Shown: positions 1-9,658 of the stretch, piece by piece | How positions within the stretch are numbered: position 1 is the stretch's first letter | Layout: each line of letters opens with the position of its first letter | Assembly (NCBI RefSeq): GCF_041248615.1 | Contig: NZ_CP158426.1 | Strand: one strand, 5' to 3' | DNA from: Escherichia coli | GTDB lineage: Bacteria > Pseudomonadota > Gammaproteobacteria > Enterobacterales > Enterobacteriaceae | Length of the DNA stretch: 64,000 bases | Program-made: the position numbers and the translations under genes | Notes under the pieces: model-generated | Database searches by the model: none | Told to the model about the DNA's origin: nothing | Seen by the model: the letters and a program-made list of their open reading frames with translations, nothing else

Positions 1-883
1 AAATGTCGCCCGTCAGGCACTGAAGGTGGCGACCGGAGAGCGTAATAGTGTTGAGCATCTGAATCGCAGCGATGAGCTGGGGCTGACATTACGCGCGGTA
101 GGGCAGCTTGGCCTGATGTGCCGTTGGCTAATTAACGATGTCTCAAGCCAGGTGTCCAGTGTCAGAAACGGCAGTGAGACGCTGGCGAAAGGCACCGATG
201 AACTGAACGAACATACCCAGCAGACAGTTGATAACGTTCAGCAAACGGTGGCGACCATGAACCAAATGGCGGCGTCGGTGAAACAGAACTCTGCCACGGC
301 GTCGGCTGCCGATAAACTTTCTATCACTGCCAGTAATGCGGCAGTGCAGGGCGGGGAGGCGATGACCACGGTGATCAAGACAATGGACGATATCGCCGAC
401 AGTACCCAGCGCATTGGCACCATTACTTCGCTGATTAACGATATTGCGTTTCAGACCAATATTCTGGCCCTGAATGCGGCGGTGGAAGCGGCGCGTGCCG
501 GCAAACAAGGCAAAGGTTTTGCAGTGGTGGCAGGGGAAGTGCGTCATTTAGCCAGCCGCAGCGCCAATGCTGCCAACGATATTCGCAAGCTGATTGATGC
601 CAGTGCTGATAAGGTGCAATCCGGTTCGCAGCAGGTACATGCAGCCGGACGGACGATGGAAGATATTGTGGCACAGGTGAAAAACGTCACCCAATTGATC
701 GCCCAGATTAGCCATTCAACGCTGGAACAGGCCGATGGGCTTTCCAGCCTGACCCGTGCAGTGGATGAGCTTAACCTCATCACCCAGAAAAATGCCGAGC
801 TGGTGGAAGAGAGTGCGCAGGTGTCGGCGATGGTGAAACACCGCGCCAGCCGACTGGAAGACGCGGTGACGGTGCTGCATTAA
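1..883 (+). CDS. aer: Aerotaxis receptor Aer, C-terminal signalling domain (5' end outside window)
   Basis: ORF 26..883 is open to window start; methyl-accepting chemotaxis signalling domain ([28 protein letters not shown]); K-12 synteny aer-yqjI-yqjH. Confidence 0.8.
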   Translation, partial: NVARQALKVATGERNSVEHLNRSDELGLTLRAVGQLGLMCRWLINDVSSQVSSVRNGSETLAKGTDELNEHTQQTVDNVQQTVATMNQMAASVKQNSATASAADKLSITASNAAVQGGEAMTTVIKTMDDIADSTQRIGTITSLINDIAFQTNILALNAAVEAARAGKQGKGFAVVAGEVRHLASRSANAANDIRKLIDASADKVQSGSQQVHAAGRTMEDIVAQVKNVTQLIAQISHSTLEQADGLSSLTRAVDELNLITQKNAELVEESAQVSAMVKHRASRLEDAVTVLH

Positions 884-890
884 TCGATAT

Positions 891-980
891 GCCGGATCCG
901 GTGTTTGATACACGATGCCTGATGCGATGCTGGCGCATCTTATCAGGCCTACGGGGGGGTAGGGTACGCCGCATCCGGCA
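891..980. repeat. REP/BIME-like palindromic units between aer and yqjI
   Basis: gccggatccg ... cgcatcttatcaggcctac ... gccgcatccggc, classic REP-type imperfect palindromes. Confidence 0.55.
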
Positions 981-988
981 ATCGGTGA

Positions 989-1612
989 TTAATCCAGTTG
1001 CGTAATATCAAAAGCGGCGCGGTCGATCACCGCAATGATCTTTTTTATTTGTGCATCAGTGATATCGCTCTGGTTGACGCGTAAATCCAGCACCGCTTTA
1101 AAATTATCCAGTGCCCGCTTCATTTGCGGGTTCTGGCGCAGCGCAGCGCCAACGCAACGCGCTTTGATGCGTTCTTCAATCATCTCTACCTGTTCGCGGT
1201 TTTCTTCCAGCCACTGCGCGCCTTGTTCGGTCAACGCAATCTGCTTCTTACCACCTTCCTCTTCGCGGATGGTAATCAGCGACTGCTCCTGCAGAAAATC
1301 CAGCGTTGGGTAGATGACGCCCGGGCTTGGGGTGTAATTCCCCTGGGTTAGATTCTCAATCGCTTTAATCAATTCGTAACCGTGGCTGTCATCGCGCGAG
1401 AGAATATCCAGAATCACCAGACGTAATTCACCGTGACCAAAGAAACGTTGCCGACGACCGCCGCCGCGACCGTGGCGACCACCGCAGCATTGACCGTGTT
1501 CATGCTGGTGACCGTGTCCGCAGTGCTCATGTTCTGACTTCTCACCTTTGCAGCAGCCTTCATGGCGTGGCTGGCCTTCATGTTTACAACACCCTTCGTG
1601 ATGATGGCTCAT
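989..1612 (-). CDS. yqjI: PadR-family nickel-responsive transcriptional repressor YqjI
   Basis: 207-aa ORF with His/Cys-rich N-terminus (MSHHHEGCCKHEG...) and PadR-like wHTH; divergent from yqjH as in K-12. Confidence 0.9.
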   Translation of the reverse strand: MSHHHEGCCKHEGQPRHEGCCKGEKSEHEHCGHGHQHEHGQCCGGRHGRGGGRRQRFFGHGELRLVILDILSRDDSHGYELIKAIENLTQGNYTPSPGVIYPTLDFLQEQSLITIREEEGGKKQIALTEQGAQWLEENREQVEMIEERIKARCVGAALRQNPQMKRALDNFKAVLDLRVNQSDITDAQIKKIIAVIDRAAFDITQLD

Positions 1613-1632
1613 ATCAGCCTCCTTTTGCTTAA

Positions 1633-1646
1633 TTAGATATATCTAA
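1633..1646. promoter_or_regulatory. Perfect 14-bp palindrome TTAGATATATCTAA next to yqjI start; related motif TAGATATATCTGA at 1853..1865 next to yqjH
   Basis: Palindrome read directly; position between divergent yqjI/yqjH suggests a repressor (YqjI) operator. Confidence 0.35.
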
Positions 1647-1817
1647 TTTATATCTGATATGAGCGCTCTTGCAAGTATAAAAATGATTTTTAAACGTGAA
1701 TGCACCTCACATCCAGGCCGGATAATACGTTCACGCCGCATCCGCCAGCCTTTCTACGACGTTGAATGTCTTCTCATACCTCAGATATATCAGTTCTACA
1801 AATCGCTTGCATTTATC

Positions 1818-1836
1818 ATGATTAACAATCATTATC
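1818..1836. promoter_or_regulatory. Fur-box-like sequence upstream of yqjH
   Basis: ATGATTAACAATCATTATC matches the 19-bp Fur consensus GATAATGATAATCATTATC at about 13/19 positions; yqjH is an iron-regulated ferric reductase gene. Confidence 0.4.
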
Positions 1837-1888
1837 ATTTACGAAATTTATTTAGATATATCTGATTACTATCACGAAGGCGATAACA

Positions 1889-2653
1889 ATGAATAACTCC
1901 CCCCGCTACCCGCAGCGCGTTCGCAATGATCTGCGCTTCCGTGAACTGACTGTGCTACGCGTTGAGCGTATTAGCGCCGGTTTTCAGCGCATTGTCCTTG
2001 GCGGCGAGGCGCTGGACGGTTTTACATCGCGCGGCTTTGACGATCACAGCAAACTCTTCTTTCCTCAATCTGATGCTCACTTTGTGCCGCCAACGGTAAC
2101 GGAAGAGGGTATCGTCTGGCCGGAAGGACCACGCCCACCGTCGCGTGACTATACGCCGCTGTATGACGAACTACGCCATGAACTGGCGATTGATTTCTTT
2201 ATTCACGAAGGTGGCGTCGCCAGCAGCTGGGCAATGCAGGCGCAACCGGGCGATAAACTTACGGTGGCAGGTCCGCGCGGTTCGCTGGTGGTGCCAGAGG
2301 ATTACGCGTATCAGCTGTATGTCTGCGATGAATCCGGAATGCCCGCACTGCGCCGCCGCCTGGAAACGTTGAGCAAACTTGCCGTTAAACCGCAAGTTAG
2401 CGCACTGGTTAGCGTGCGGGATCACGCCTGCCAGGATTATCTCGCGCACCTTGATGGTTTTAATATCGAATGGCTGGCGCATGATGAGCAGGCGGTAGAT
2501 GCGCGTCTGGCGCAGATGCAAATCCCTGCCGATGATTACTTCATCTGGATAACCGGCGAAGGCAAAGTCGTTAAGAATTTAAGCCGCCGCTTTGAAGCGG
2601 AACAGTATGATCCACAGCGGGTACGTGCAGCGGCTTACTGGCACGCAAAGTAA
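1889..2653 (+). CDS. yqjH: Siderophore-interacting ferric reductase YqjH (NfeF)
   Basis: 254-aa ORF; FAD-binding siderophore-interacting protein family; K-12 synteny. Confidence 0.9.
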   Translation: MNNSPRYPQRVRNDLRFRELTVLRVERISAGFQRIVLGGEALDGFTSRGFDDHSKLFFPQSDAHFVPPTVTEEGIVWPEGPRPPSRDYTPLYDELRHELAIDFFIHEGGVASSWAMQAQPGDKLTVAGPRGSLVVPEDYAYQLYVCDESGMPALRRRLETLSKLAVKPQVSALVSVRDHACQDYLAHLDGFNIEWLAHDEQAVDARLAQMQIPADDYFIWITGEGKVVKNLSRRFEAEQYDPQRVRAAAYWHAK

Positions 2654-2660
2654 CTGATAT

Positions 2661-2700
2661 ATAAAAAGAAAAAGGCTGATGATTTCTCGTCAGCCTTTGC
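2661..2700 (-). terminator. Hairpin plus T-run (minus strand) immediately 3' of the tRNA fragment; likely the original ileX terminator, also closing yqjH
   Basis: aaaggctgatga / tcgtcagccttt stem with T-run on the minus strand (A-run 2661..2670 on plus). Confidence 0.5.
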
Positions 2701-2706
2701 TATATC

Positions 2707-2753
2707 TGGTGGCCCCTGCTGGACTTGAACCAGCGACCAAGCGATTATGAGTC
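2707..2753 (-). repeat. attR: displaced 47-nt 3' fragment of tRNA-Ile2 (acceptor/T-arm/anticodon-stem 3' side)
   Basis: Matches 43/47 nt of the intact tRNA at 51123..51169; homology stops abruptly at 2753. Confidence 0.85.
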
Positions 2754-2879
2754 ATGAGGCAAGTTCGTTCTATATTGTTTTTGTTTGTTCGTGATTGCTT
2801 TATTAGTTGTTTGTAATCAATAAATTATGTGATTTTCCCTGTCTCCGCTTGGTTCCGTTTTTTCTTCATTGTACGATCG

Positions 2880-2903
2880 TTACCTGACCCATTACCTGAC
2901 CCA
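2880..2903. repeat. 24-bp direct repeat TTACCTGACCCATTACCTGACCCA (left copy), 47 bp upstream of int
   Basis: Identical 24-mer at 51043..51066; contains an internal tandem of ACCTGACCCA. Confidence 0.8.
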
Positions 2904-2949
2904 AAATCACGAGTTATTCTGATTGTTACTGGTTTAGAAAAGAGGTTCT

Positions 2950-4266
2950 ATGGCCGTCAATCTTACTGAAACAGCCATCCGAGCATTGAAAGCAAAAAAG
3001 ACATCGTTCTATGTCTGGAGCAACAGCTCTCAACGTGGCACTGGACGACTTGGTGTCAAAGTTCAGCCTTCTGGCAGCAAGATTTTCTATTTCCGCTATT
3101 ACGTGGAAAAAGGGAAAAAAGAAAGATTCATTCAATTGGGTATATGGCCTGAGATGAAACTGGCCACAGCGAATGAACTGGCAAAAAAGTATGGTGCCTG
3201 GCTCATTGAAGGAAAGGCTCCCCAGGCAGAACTGGAACGACAACAGTTTGCAGAACAGCAGCGGATACAACTCCATCAATCACAGGGCTCATTTGAAGCA
3301 TTGATTCATGGTTATGTTAACAAAATGAAAATTGATAATAAGAGGACATGGCAGGATGTTCTGAAACGCCTTGAAAATGAATGCTATACAGTGATCCCCC
3401 GTGAAACTAAAGCTAAAGATGTGACTTCCGGACAGATTAAACATATCCTGGCCGGGATCATTCAGCGCGGTGCTGTGGTTCACTCTAACCGGATCCGTTC
3501 TTACCTGATGGCTGCATTTAACTATGGACTGAAAGCAGATAACGATCCGATGAACACAAGTGTAGGGATTACTTTTGGGCTGGAGGCAAATCCGGTGTCA
3601 GTGATACCGAAACAGTCATCTGCTGAAAAAGTCGGTGATACCTGGCTGACACTTGAAGAGTTGCGTTTTCTAATGGAACATTTTGCTGAAGCAACCAACG
3701 TTGGATTATTGATGCAACATTTGATCCGATTCTGTATCTATACCGGAGGGCAACGTCCTTTCGAAATGATCGCCAGTCAGTGGTGTGATGTTGATTTTCA
3801 ACAAAAAACGCTGCTGGTGACTGCTGATGTCTCTAAAAATAAACGAGAGCATTTGATACCGTTGACTGAATCAGCATTACAGGAATTATCCTGTGTGCAG
3901 GAGTTAACAAAAGAAAAATCCAGCCCTTACATTTTTCCACTTTCGACTAATGGTAAGCGTCCGGTTCGTACGGACAGTCTGGCTCGCGCTATCATGTATT
4001 TCCGGGCTTTTAATCCTGACTTTAAAATTTTTACAGCACGTGACTTACGTCGGACCTGTAAAACGTTAATGGGAGAAGCTGGGATCAGTAAGGAAATCCG
4101 CGATCGTATTCAAAATCATGCGTTGAACGATGTCAGTTCAAAACATTATGATCGATACGATTATTTGCCAGAAAAACGCAGAGCACTTGAGATCTGGGAG
4201 GACCGGGTTAATAACTATCAACAGCAAACAGGCAATAATGTTGTCAATCTGTTTGGCAGAAGGTGA
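2950..4266 (+). CDS. P4-like tyrosine integrase (N-terminal arm-binding domain plus C-terminal catalytic domain)
   Basis: 438-aa ORF; N-terminus MAVNLTETAIRALKAKK...; C-terminal R...HxxR...Y catalytic residues (DLRRT, NHAL, SKHYDRYDY). Confidence 0.9.
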   Translation: MAVNLTETAIRALKAKKTSFYVWSNSSQRGTGRLGVKVQPSGSKIFYFRYYVEKGKKERFIQLGIWPEMKLATANELAKKYGAWLIEGKAPQAELERQQFAEQQRIQLHQSQGSFEALIHGYVNKMKIDNKRTWQDVLKRLENECYTVIPRETKAKDVTSGQIKHILAGIIQRGAVVHSNRIRSYLMAAFNYGLKADNDPMNTSVGITFGLEANPVSVIPKQSSAEKVGDTWLTLEELRFLMEHFAEATNVGLLMQHLIRFCIYTGGQRPFEMIASQWCDVDFQQKTLLVTADVSKNKREHLIPLTESALQELSCVQELTKEKSSPYIFPLSTNGKRPVRTDSLARAIMYFRAFNPDFKIFTARDLRRTCKTLMGEAGISKEIRDRIQNHALNDVSSKHYDRYDYLPEKRRALEIWEDRVNNYQQQTGNNVVNLFGRR

Positions 4267-4395
4267 GGGAGTTCCTGGTTGCTGTACGAATTGTGTACAA
4301 TTGATGGGTATTGTTGATGCACTTGGTTCTTGTATTGTTTACTATAATTATTGAGGTAAATTTTCGTGCCGGTATTACTCAGAGGGGATTCAAAA

Positions 4396-4992
4396 ATGGC
4401 TGTAATTCCAATGTCTTACTCCCCTGCTACTGTAGCTCGTCGTTTTTCGATACTGGATGGAGTAACTATTCAGGGCGTGCTTTACCAGATCATCTGGGAT
4501 CCAAAGACTCCGTTTGCTGCGGTAATCGAAGCTGCACCTTCTGTTATTGATGGTGATGTTCGCCATAAGGTTGTTGCCACTCTGGAGCTTCAGCGTCGTC
4601 CCCGGCTTGAAGGCGTGTTTGTCCAGAAATTCTGGGAAGAACAGGATGTTGCTCAGATTGAAGGGATTGTTGTCGATGGCGCTGTACGTGATGTTGGTCT
4701 TGCAACGTTTGTTTATGAAACGATAGTCACAAAAGCGGGCGTTGTACTATTAAGTGATAACGAGCAATATGAAGGAGGTAAAGCTCTCTGGCAGCATATT
4801 GCGCGTCGTTCAACGAATCTGAAGGTGTTTATTTTAGATACTGATTCCGCACGGTATTACCCGTTTGATGGCGAACGGATCAGTTATGACGGGAAAAGCA
4901 TCCCGGAATCAGAAATCTGGAGTGAACATCCTGAGCGAAACAGACACGCTGTCGTTCTTGTGGCTGAATCTGTTAATGGTAAAGCCGCATAA
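4396..4992 (+). CDS. Hypothetical protein (198 aa from ATG 4396; ORF open from 4366)
   Basis: Long ORF with plausible RBS (gagggg) upstream of ATG 4396; no recognisable motif. Confidence 0.45.
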   Translation: MAVIPMSYSPATVARRFSILDGVTIQGVLYQIIWDPKTPFAAVIEAAPSVIDGDVRHKVVATLELQRRPRLEGVFVQKFWEEQDVAQIEGIVVDGAVRDVGLATFVYETIVTKAGVVLLSDNEQYEGGKALWQHIARRSTNLKVFILDTDSARYYPFDGERISYDGKSIPESEIWSEHPERNRHAVVLVAESVNGKAA

Positions 4993-5074
4993 TTTGCTGA
5001 GTGTCTCATTTTTTGAGATCTTGCTGGAAAGTCTCCTTTGGGGATAGCGAACTGCTATCCCCTTTCTCAGTGAG

Positions 5075-6679
5075 TTACTGTTCGACCAGACATTTTCCCC
5101 ATAAAGGTCGTATCGAGTATCTATCTTCGCTATATGGATTTATTTTATTTTTTTCCCTCTGTGCTATCAGCAACGTGTCGATCTCATCCTTAATAATGTG
5201 TTGAACTGCTTGACGGTAACGGTTAAGCGAAGTGTCACTGATATCTTGTGGAAGTTGTAGACTGCCATCTGCCTTGACAAGTTCATTCACACCATCTTTA
5301 ATTCTGCGTCCCTGACCATCAGGTATACCTTCATTCAGATCATAGCCTTTTAGTCCTGCAAGACGAATATTCACGTCAATCTTTTCTGTACGTATCTTTT
5401 TGTTACTTACCAACAGAATTTTATTGGCGTTATACCATTTTTCAAATATTTCCAGTTGTTTCATGATGTTTGTGAAGTTATTCAGTTCGCTCCTGAATTC
5501 AATAGATTTTCTAATTTTACGCTCTTTTGCATCAATGTTTATTCCTGGATAATTTATTTCCATTTTTAACGGTTCTGTGTATGCCTGTTGCAGGCAATCA
5601 GCAAGATTCATTGCTGCATCCTGCAGGGTATTGGTATAAATCAGTTTCAGAAGTTCATCACGCTGTATAGTGATTTGACAATAGTCTTTTTCCCATGCGG
5701 TGGTGTTTTCAATCGTGTCACTTTCATCGGAAATAATTGTTGTGAACTTCCAGGTGTAACGAATAAAATCATTTCCTTTAAAATATTGCACTAATTTATT
5801 TAACCATTCATATATTTCCAGAGCATAAAGTTTAACGTATCCATCATATATTATCTTTGTTGCATTTTTGTTGGCTAGCGAAAACATTTTGTCCACGAAT
5901 TCTGTACGCCCGATTGTTAGCAATTGTTTTCTAAGTTTACTCACATCGTTAGTATCTGGTTTCTCACAATTCCAGGGACTTTTGTATTCATTTTCAAAAG
6001 GAGAAAGCCATTCAGGAATCTCTGTTTCTGAGTGATAGCAGTTGTTAATAGCCAAACCAAGGGTTCTGGCAAGTATCGCTGATTCATCAATTTGATGGTA
6101 TCGGTTCAGTTGTTCCAGTAATTCTTTAGTACATGAGTGCGCAACAGAAAGATCCTGATGGCAATATCCTTGTCGAACCAGAGCGGGAAGTGGTGAGCAA
6201 TGAGCTTTACAATCTGTCAGAATATTGAACAAATCGTTTCTGACGAATTCTTCCATCTCAGGTGTTTTCCAGCCACCACTATTTTGGCCGACAAATTTTG
6301 CTGTTGGTTCCCTGTTCATATCTCCCCAGGTTTTCAGGCTGACGAGTCTGTTATCAAAACCATTGTATAAATGGCACATAACCTGAAAAGCAGCATACAG
6401 ATCTTTAGATAGTGGATTATCGGTCTCACTTATGGAGTAGTTCTCTCTGTTTTTCTCTAAAATACTTTGGAGTTTTGTGTTAGCGCGTAATGCCGAGAGA
6501 ATCCGATGTTGTTCATCAAACCAAGGACGATATTCTGGATCCAGATACAATCTGCGTGCTTTGAAAATGAGTAGAAGCAACTGTTCGGAAACAGCTTCAT
6601 GTATGTGGGGAAACGGCATGGAGGTGCCGGATAAAACACGATAGTACGGGTGGTTTGTTTTTACCTTTTTAGTTACCAT
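5075..6679 (-). CDS. Hypothetical 534-aa protein, AT-rich orphan; candidate accessory or defence gene
   Basis: 1.6-kb uninterrupted ORF in strongly AT-rich DNA, where chance ORFs this long are improbable; no Walker A, HTH or nuclease motif identified by eye. Confidence 0.55.
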   Translation of the reverse strand: MVTKKVKTNHPYYRVLSGTSMPFPHIHEAVSEQLLLLIFKARRLYLDPEYRPWFDEQHRILSALRANTKLQSILEKNRENYSISETDNPLSKDLYAAFQVMCHLYNGFDNRLVSLKTWGDMNREPTAKFVGQNSGGWKTPEMEEFVRNDLFNILTDCKAHCSPLPALVRQGYCHQDLSVAHSCTKELLEQLNRYHQIDESAILARTLGLAINNCYHSETEIPEWLSPFENEYKSPWNCEKPDTNDVSKLRKQLLTIGRTEFVDKMFSLANKNATKIIYDGYVKLYALEIYEWLNKLVQYFKGNDFIRYTWKFTTIISDESDTIENTTAWEKDYCQITIQRDELLKLIYTNTLQDAAMNLADCLQQAYTEPLKMEINYPGINIDAKERKIRKSIEFRSELNNFTNIMKQLEIFEKWYNANKILLVSNKKIRTEKIDVNIRLAGLKGYDLNEGIPDGQGRRIKDGVNELVKADGSLQLPQDISDTSLNRYRQAVQHIIKDEIDTLLIAQREKNKINPYSEDRYSIRPLWGKCLVEQ

Positions 6680-7458
6680 AATGTTAAATTCTTCCGTCTA
6701 TTGCATAGCTGTTTCCAGTAGAGAAACTTGATACAGTCCTTTGTCAGGACATTGATACAGAGTTAACAGCCTCTACGAAATGGGAATCAGTTATGCAGTG
6801 GCATTATACGATGCTGAATCTAATACGATATCCTTAGCGTTTATTCCTGATTTTTTTACGAGCATTCCCTTTTGTTGCATATTGCTCAGGACGCAAATGA
6901 TTTTACGGTTATAGCCCTCTACAGTCACGTCACTTTCATCTGAAAATATGTATCGTTTTCATTCAATTATTATCTTTTGTCTGCACTTTAGCTTTAGAAA
7001 GTTGGCAAAAATCAACTCCCTCTTACAAGTTCTATTATCGCCAGAAGATAATTTTGTGAACTTCGTCACGTTTTCAAACTAATGTTGTGGGGGCTTTTCT
7101 GGGGAGAATTTTTGGTCACTACCCCTCCTCTTGATATCATAGATTATAACAAGATTTTTTTTGTTTTTGTCTGCATAAAATAACCTACGAATATTGTGAT
7201 TTTGATTTTTATTTTGTATACCAAAAAGCATTGTTTAAGTTATTTTTATATTGTGACTTTCTTTGTTGTTATTGTGTTATTAGAAGTCAGTTAATTAAAT
7301 CATTTCTCGCAATTTGATTTCTTGGTTGTGCAAATGTATTGTTTTGCTCGTGAGTTGCTGGTGCTGTTCAACAGCATACCACTACAGATAGATGTAGTGA
7401 TTTGAGCAGCTCACATGCATATACAATCTGAAAATCATGAATATATAAGGAGAGCAAT

Positions 7459-7686
7459 ATGTGGAAGCCGTTAAGAGATGAGAACCGTTTATCAATTTTG
7501 AAGATCTATGGATACACCTGTGACAGACTGGTACGAGAAAAGGAACGCCAGAAAATTACGTCTATTTCTCGTTCACAAGCCTGGAAACTGGAACGTGAAG
7601 GAAAATTCCCGCCACGTAAAACTATTGGAAAGAAATCCTGTGGGTGGTTATTAAGTGATCTATTGTGGTGGATTAGTCAGTATTAA
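7459..7686 (+). CDS. AlpA-family phage regulatory/excisionase-like DNA-binding protein
   Basis: 75 aa; AGGAG RBS; HTH plus EREGKFPPRK..G.....W...L..W motif typical of AlpA/Phage_AlpA. Confidence 0.7.
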   Translation: MWKPLRDENRLSILKIYGYTCDRLVREKERQKITSISRSQAWKLEREGKFPPRKTIGKKSCGWLLSDLLWWISQY

Positions 7687-7748
7687 CCTTATAGTATCAG
7701 AATAATATATATTTCTATATTTTAATTTTATAATTAAAAAGGAGTTTC

Positions 7749-8495
7749 ATGATGAAACGTGTCTCTTTCTCTCTTGCAGAAACATATGAAGCTGATGTAA
7801 TTAAAAAGTATCAGCATTTAAAAAAATGCTCATTTTCAGCAGCGATTAAAGAGTGTTTAAAGCTAGGGGCTCCTGTTTTAAACAGGATAAATGAAAATAT
7901 TGCTGCTATAACTGATATAGAGGATAAGCTACGTCAGTTTTTTAATGAGGAACCATTTGTGCAACGGACAAAGCCTGAAATAACAAAAGGAGAGTTTTTT
8001 CATAGCATTTATAAATCGCATATCAAATATGAATATGATGTTCTCGATAGAAAGATATTTCCTCATGAAAGCACCAGAAATGCTATGGGAGTTGCAGAGA
8101 AAAAGGGAATTAAAGAGAATGCGACCTTAATGCTGGAATATTATAAAGTTGAGAAGGCAATTTGTATTTACACGAACAGAAAAGTTTCCCATACCCTGAA
8201 TCGTGCAGGAGGGTTTTATAAAACCATTCTGATTAAAACCAGTGTTTTTGGGGATTATTTTTTTGACTTTTGCAATTCAGTTTGCCTGCCGATAGATGAG
8301 TTGATTGAGTATGGTACGAAAGAAACAGTGAGGCGACATCAGATTCGTAGTACAGGATTTTGTACTTTTCATATTCCGATTTTTTATATCAATAATAAGG
8401 CTGTAATAGTGCCTGTTCTGAGAACAGAGGAAGTTTCACAAAGTTCCAGAACAGGTGGAGATGTTATTATTATTAACCCATTTGAAGATGAATGA
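7749..8495 (+). CDS. Hypothetical 248-aa protein (possible N-terminal ribbon-helix-helix-like segment)
   Basis: ORF with AAGGAG RBS in AT-rich DNA; N-terminus KRVSFSLAETYEADVIKKY resembles RHH regulators; remainder unassigned. Confidence 0.5.
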   Translation: MMKRVSFSLAETYEADVIKKYQHLKKCSFSAAIKECLKLGAPVLNRINENIAAITDIEDKLRQFFNEEPFVQRTKPEITKGEFFHSIYKSHIKYEYDVLDRKIFPHESTRNAMGVAEKKGIKENATLMLEYYKVEKAICIYTNRKVSHTLNRAGGFYKTILIKTSVFGDYFFDFCNSVCLPIDELIEYGTKETVRRHQIRSTGFCTFHIPIFYINNKAVIVPVLRTEEVSQSSRTGGDVIIINPFEDE

Positions 8496-8716
8496 TTATG
8501 GCCCGCGTAGATTTATTCATAACCCAGAAATCGTGGTGTAAATGATGAACAGAAACCGCTTTCTGAGGTTAAAGAGAGCAATCATTACCCGGGAGTGGCC
8601 AACTCTTTTATCGAGTACTTTTCCGATGTATCTGGAGAGCCTCCCTTAGAAAAGAGTAATGCGACTCAGGAAAAAACAGGTTCAATAATTAATTCATGAC
8701 ACCAGTTTGAGGCATT

Positions 8717-9277
8717 ATGGCGAGTTTTGCATACATAGACTCTGAAAAATGGTCAAAACTTAATCGCTTAAAATCCATGATTCAGAGATATTTTAAAGAA
8801 CCACTATTGCAGTTAACAGGCGAATTGGGTCGCCCGGATTATACTCTGGCAGACAGAAAACGGTTAGTTCGACTCCTGACGCAGGATATGCAAAGGGGTG
8901 ATATTCTGATTACTAAATCGTTAACTTGTTTTGGTAATACGCCGGAAAAAATACAGGAGGTTTTATCTTTAAGTATCAGACAAGGTATTAATATTTGCTT
9001 TTTTACGTCATCAGAGTTGCCGGATGGTGATGATATTCCTGTGGTACTCACCGGGATGATTTTACCTACAGATATTAGAGGAAAAATTCCCGACATCAGT
9101 ATCCGGAAAATTAAAAGAAAACCAGGAAGGAAAGAAGGGAGTATTCATAGTAAAAATATCAGACAGTTGAAATTGCAGGGGTTCAGTCAGTCACAAACAG
9201 CCAGAAAATTAAGCATCAGTTTATCCACTGTAAAAAGACACTGGGATAAAGGTATTGTTGATCTAACTGCAGAGTAA
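8717..9277 (+). CDS. Small serine-recombinase-like protein (resolvase/invertase size and layout, divergent)
   Basis: 186 aa; N-terminal YIDSE segment, central GDILITKSLTCFGNTPEKIQEVLSLSIRQGINICF resembling resolvase core, C-terminal HTH (SQSQTARKLSISLSTVKRHW). Confidence 0.4.
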   Translation: MASFAYIDSEKWSKLNRLKSMIQRYFKEPLLQLTGELGRPDYTLADRKRLVRLLTQDMQRGDILITKSLTCFGNTPEKIQEVLSLSIRQGINICFFTSSELPDGDDIPVVLTGMILPTDIRGKIPDISIRKIKRKPGRKEGSIHSKNIRQLKLQGFSQSQTARKLSISLSTVKRHWDKGIVDLTAE

Positions 9278-9658
9278 CATTTTATAGTCCTTGTAGCTAT
9301 TGGCAATGGAGTTATAAATACATGTGCGTTGGATAGGTAATATATATTATATCTGTGATGTATAGTATATGTGTAATGATGGATATGATGTACTAATAGA
9401 GCTAATGGTATTCTGATACCAAATAATTAGTTGTGTGTAGATCATAACTCTGTTTAATGTTTTAGAACGTTCTAATGTAACTGTGTAACATCATCCTGTT
9501 CTCTAATGTAACAATAGGCAGTAGCGTTTTTCTTAATTGACGCCCAGAGGGTTATATATCCCTCTGGGAACTACTGATACGAATATTAATATCTGCTTCT
9601 GTTGTGTATTGGGTAGGTTAACTATTAGCTTATCTCTGAAAGCAAAAGGAATATTAAC

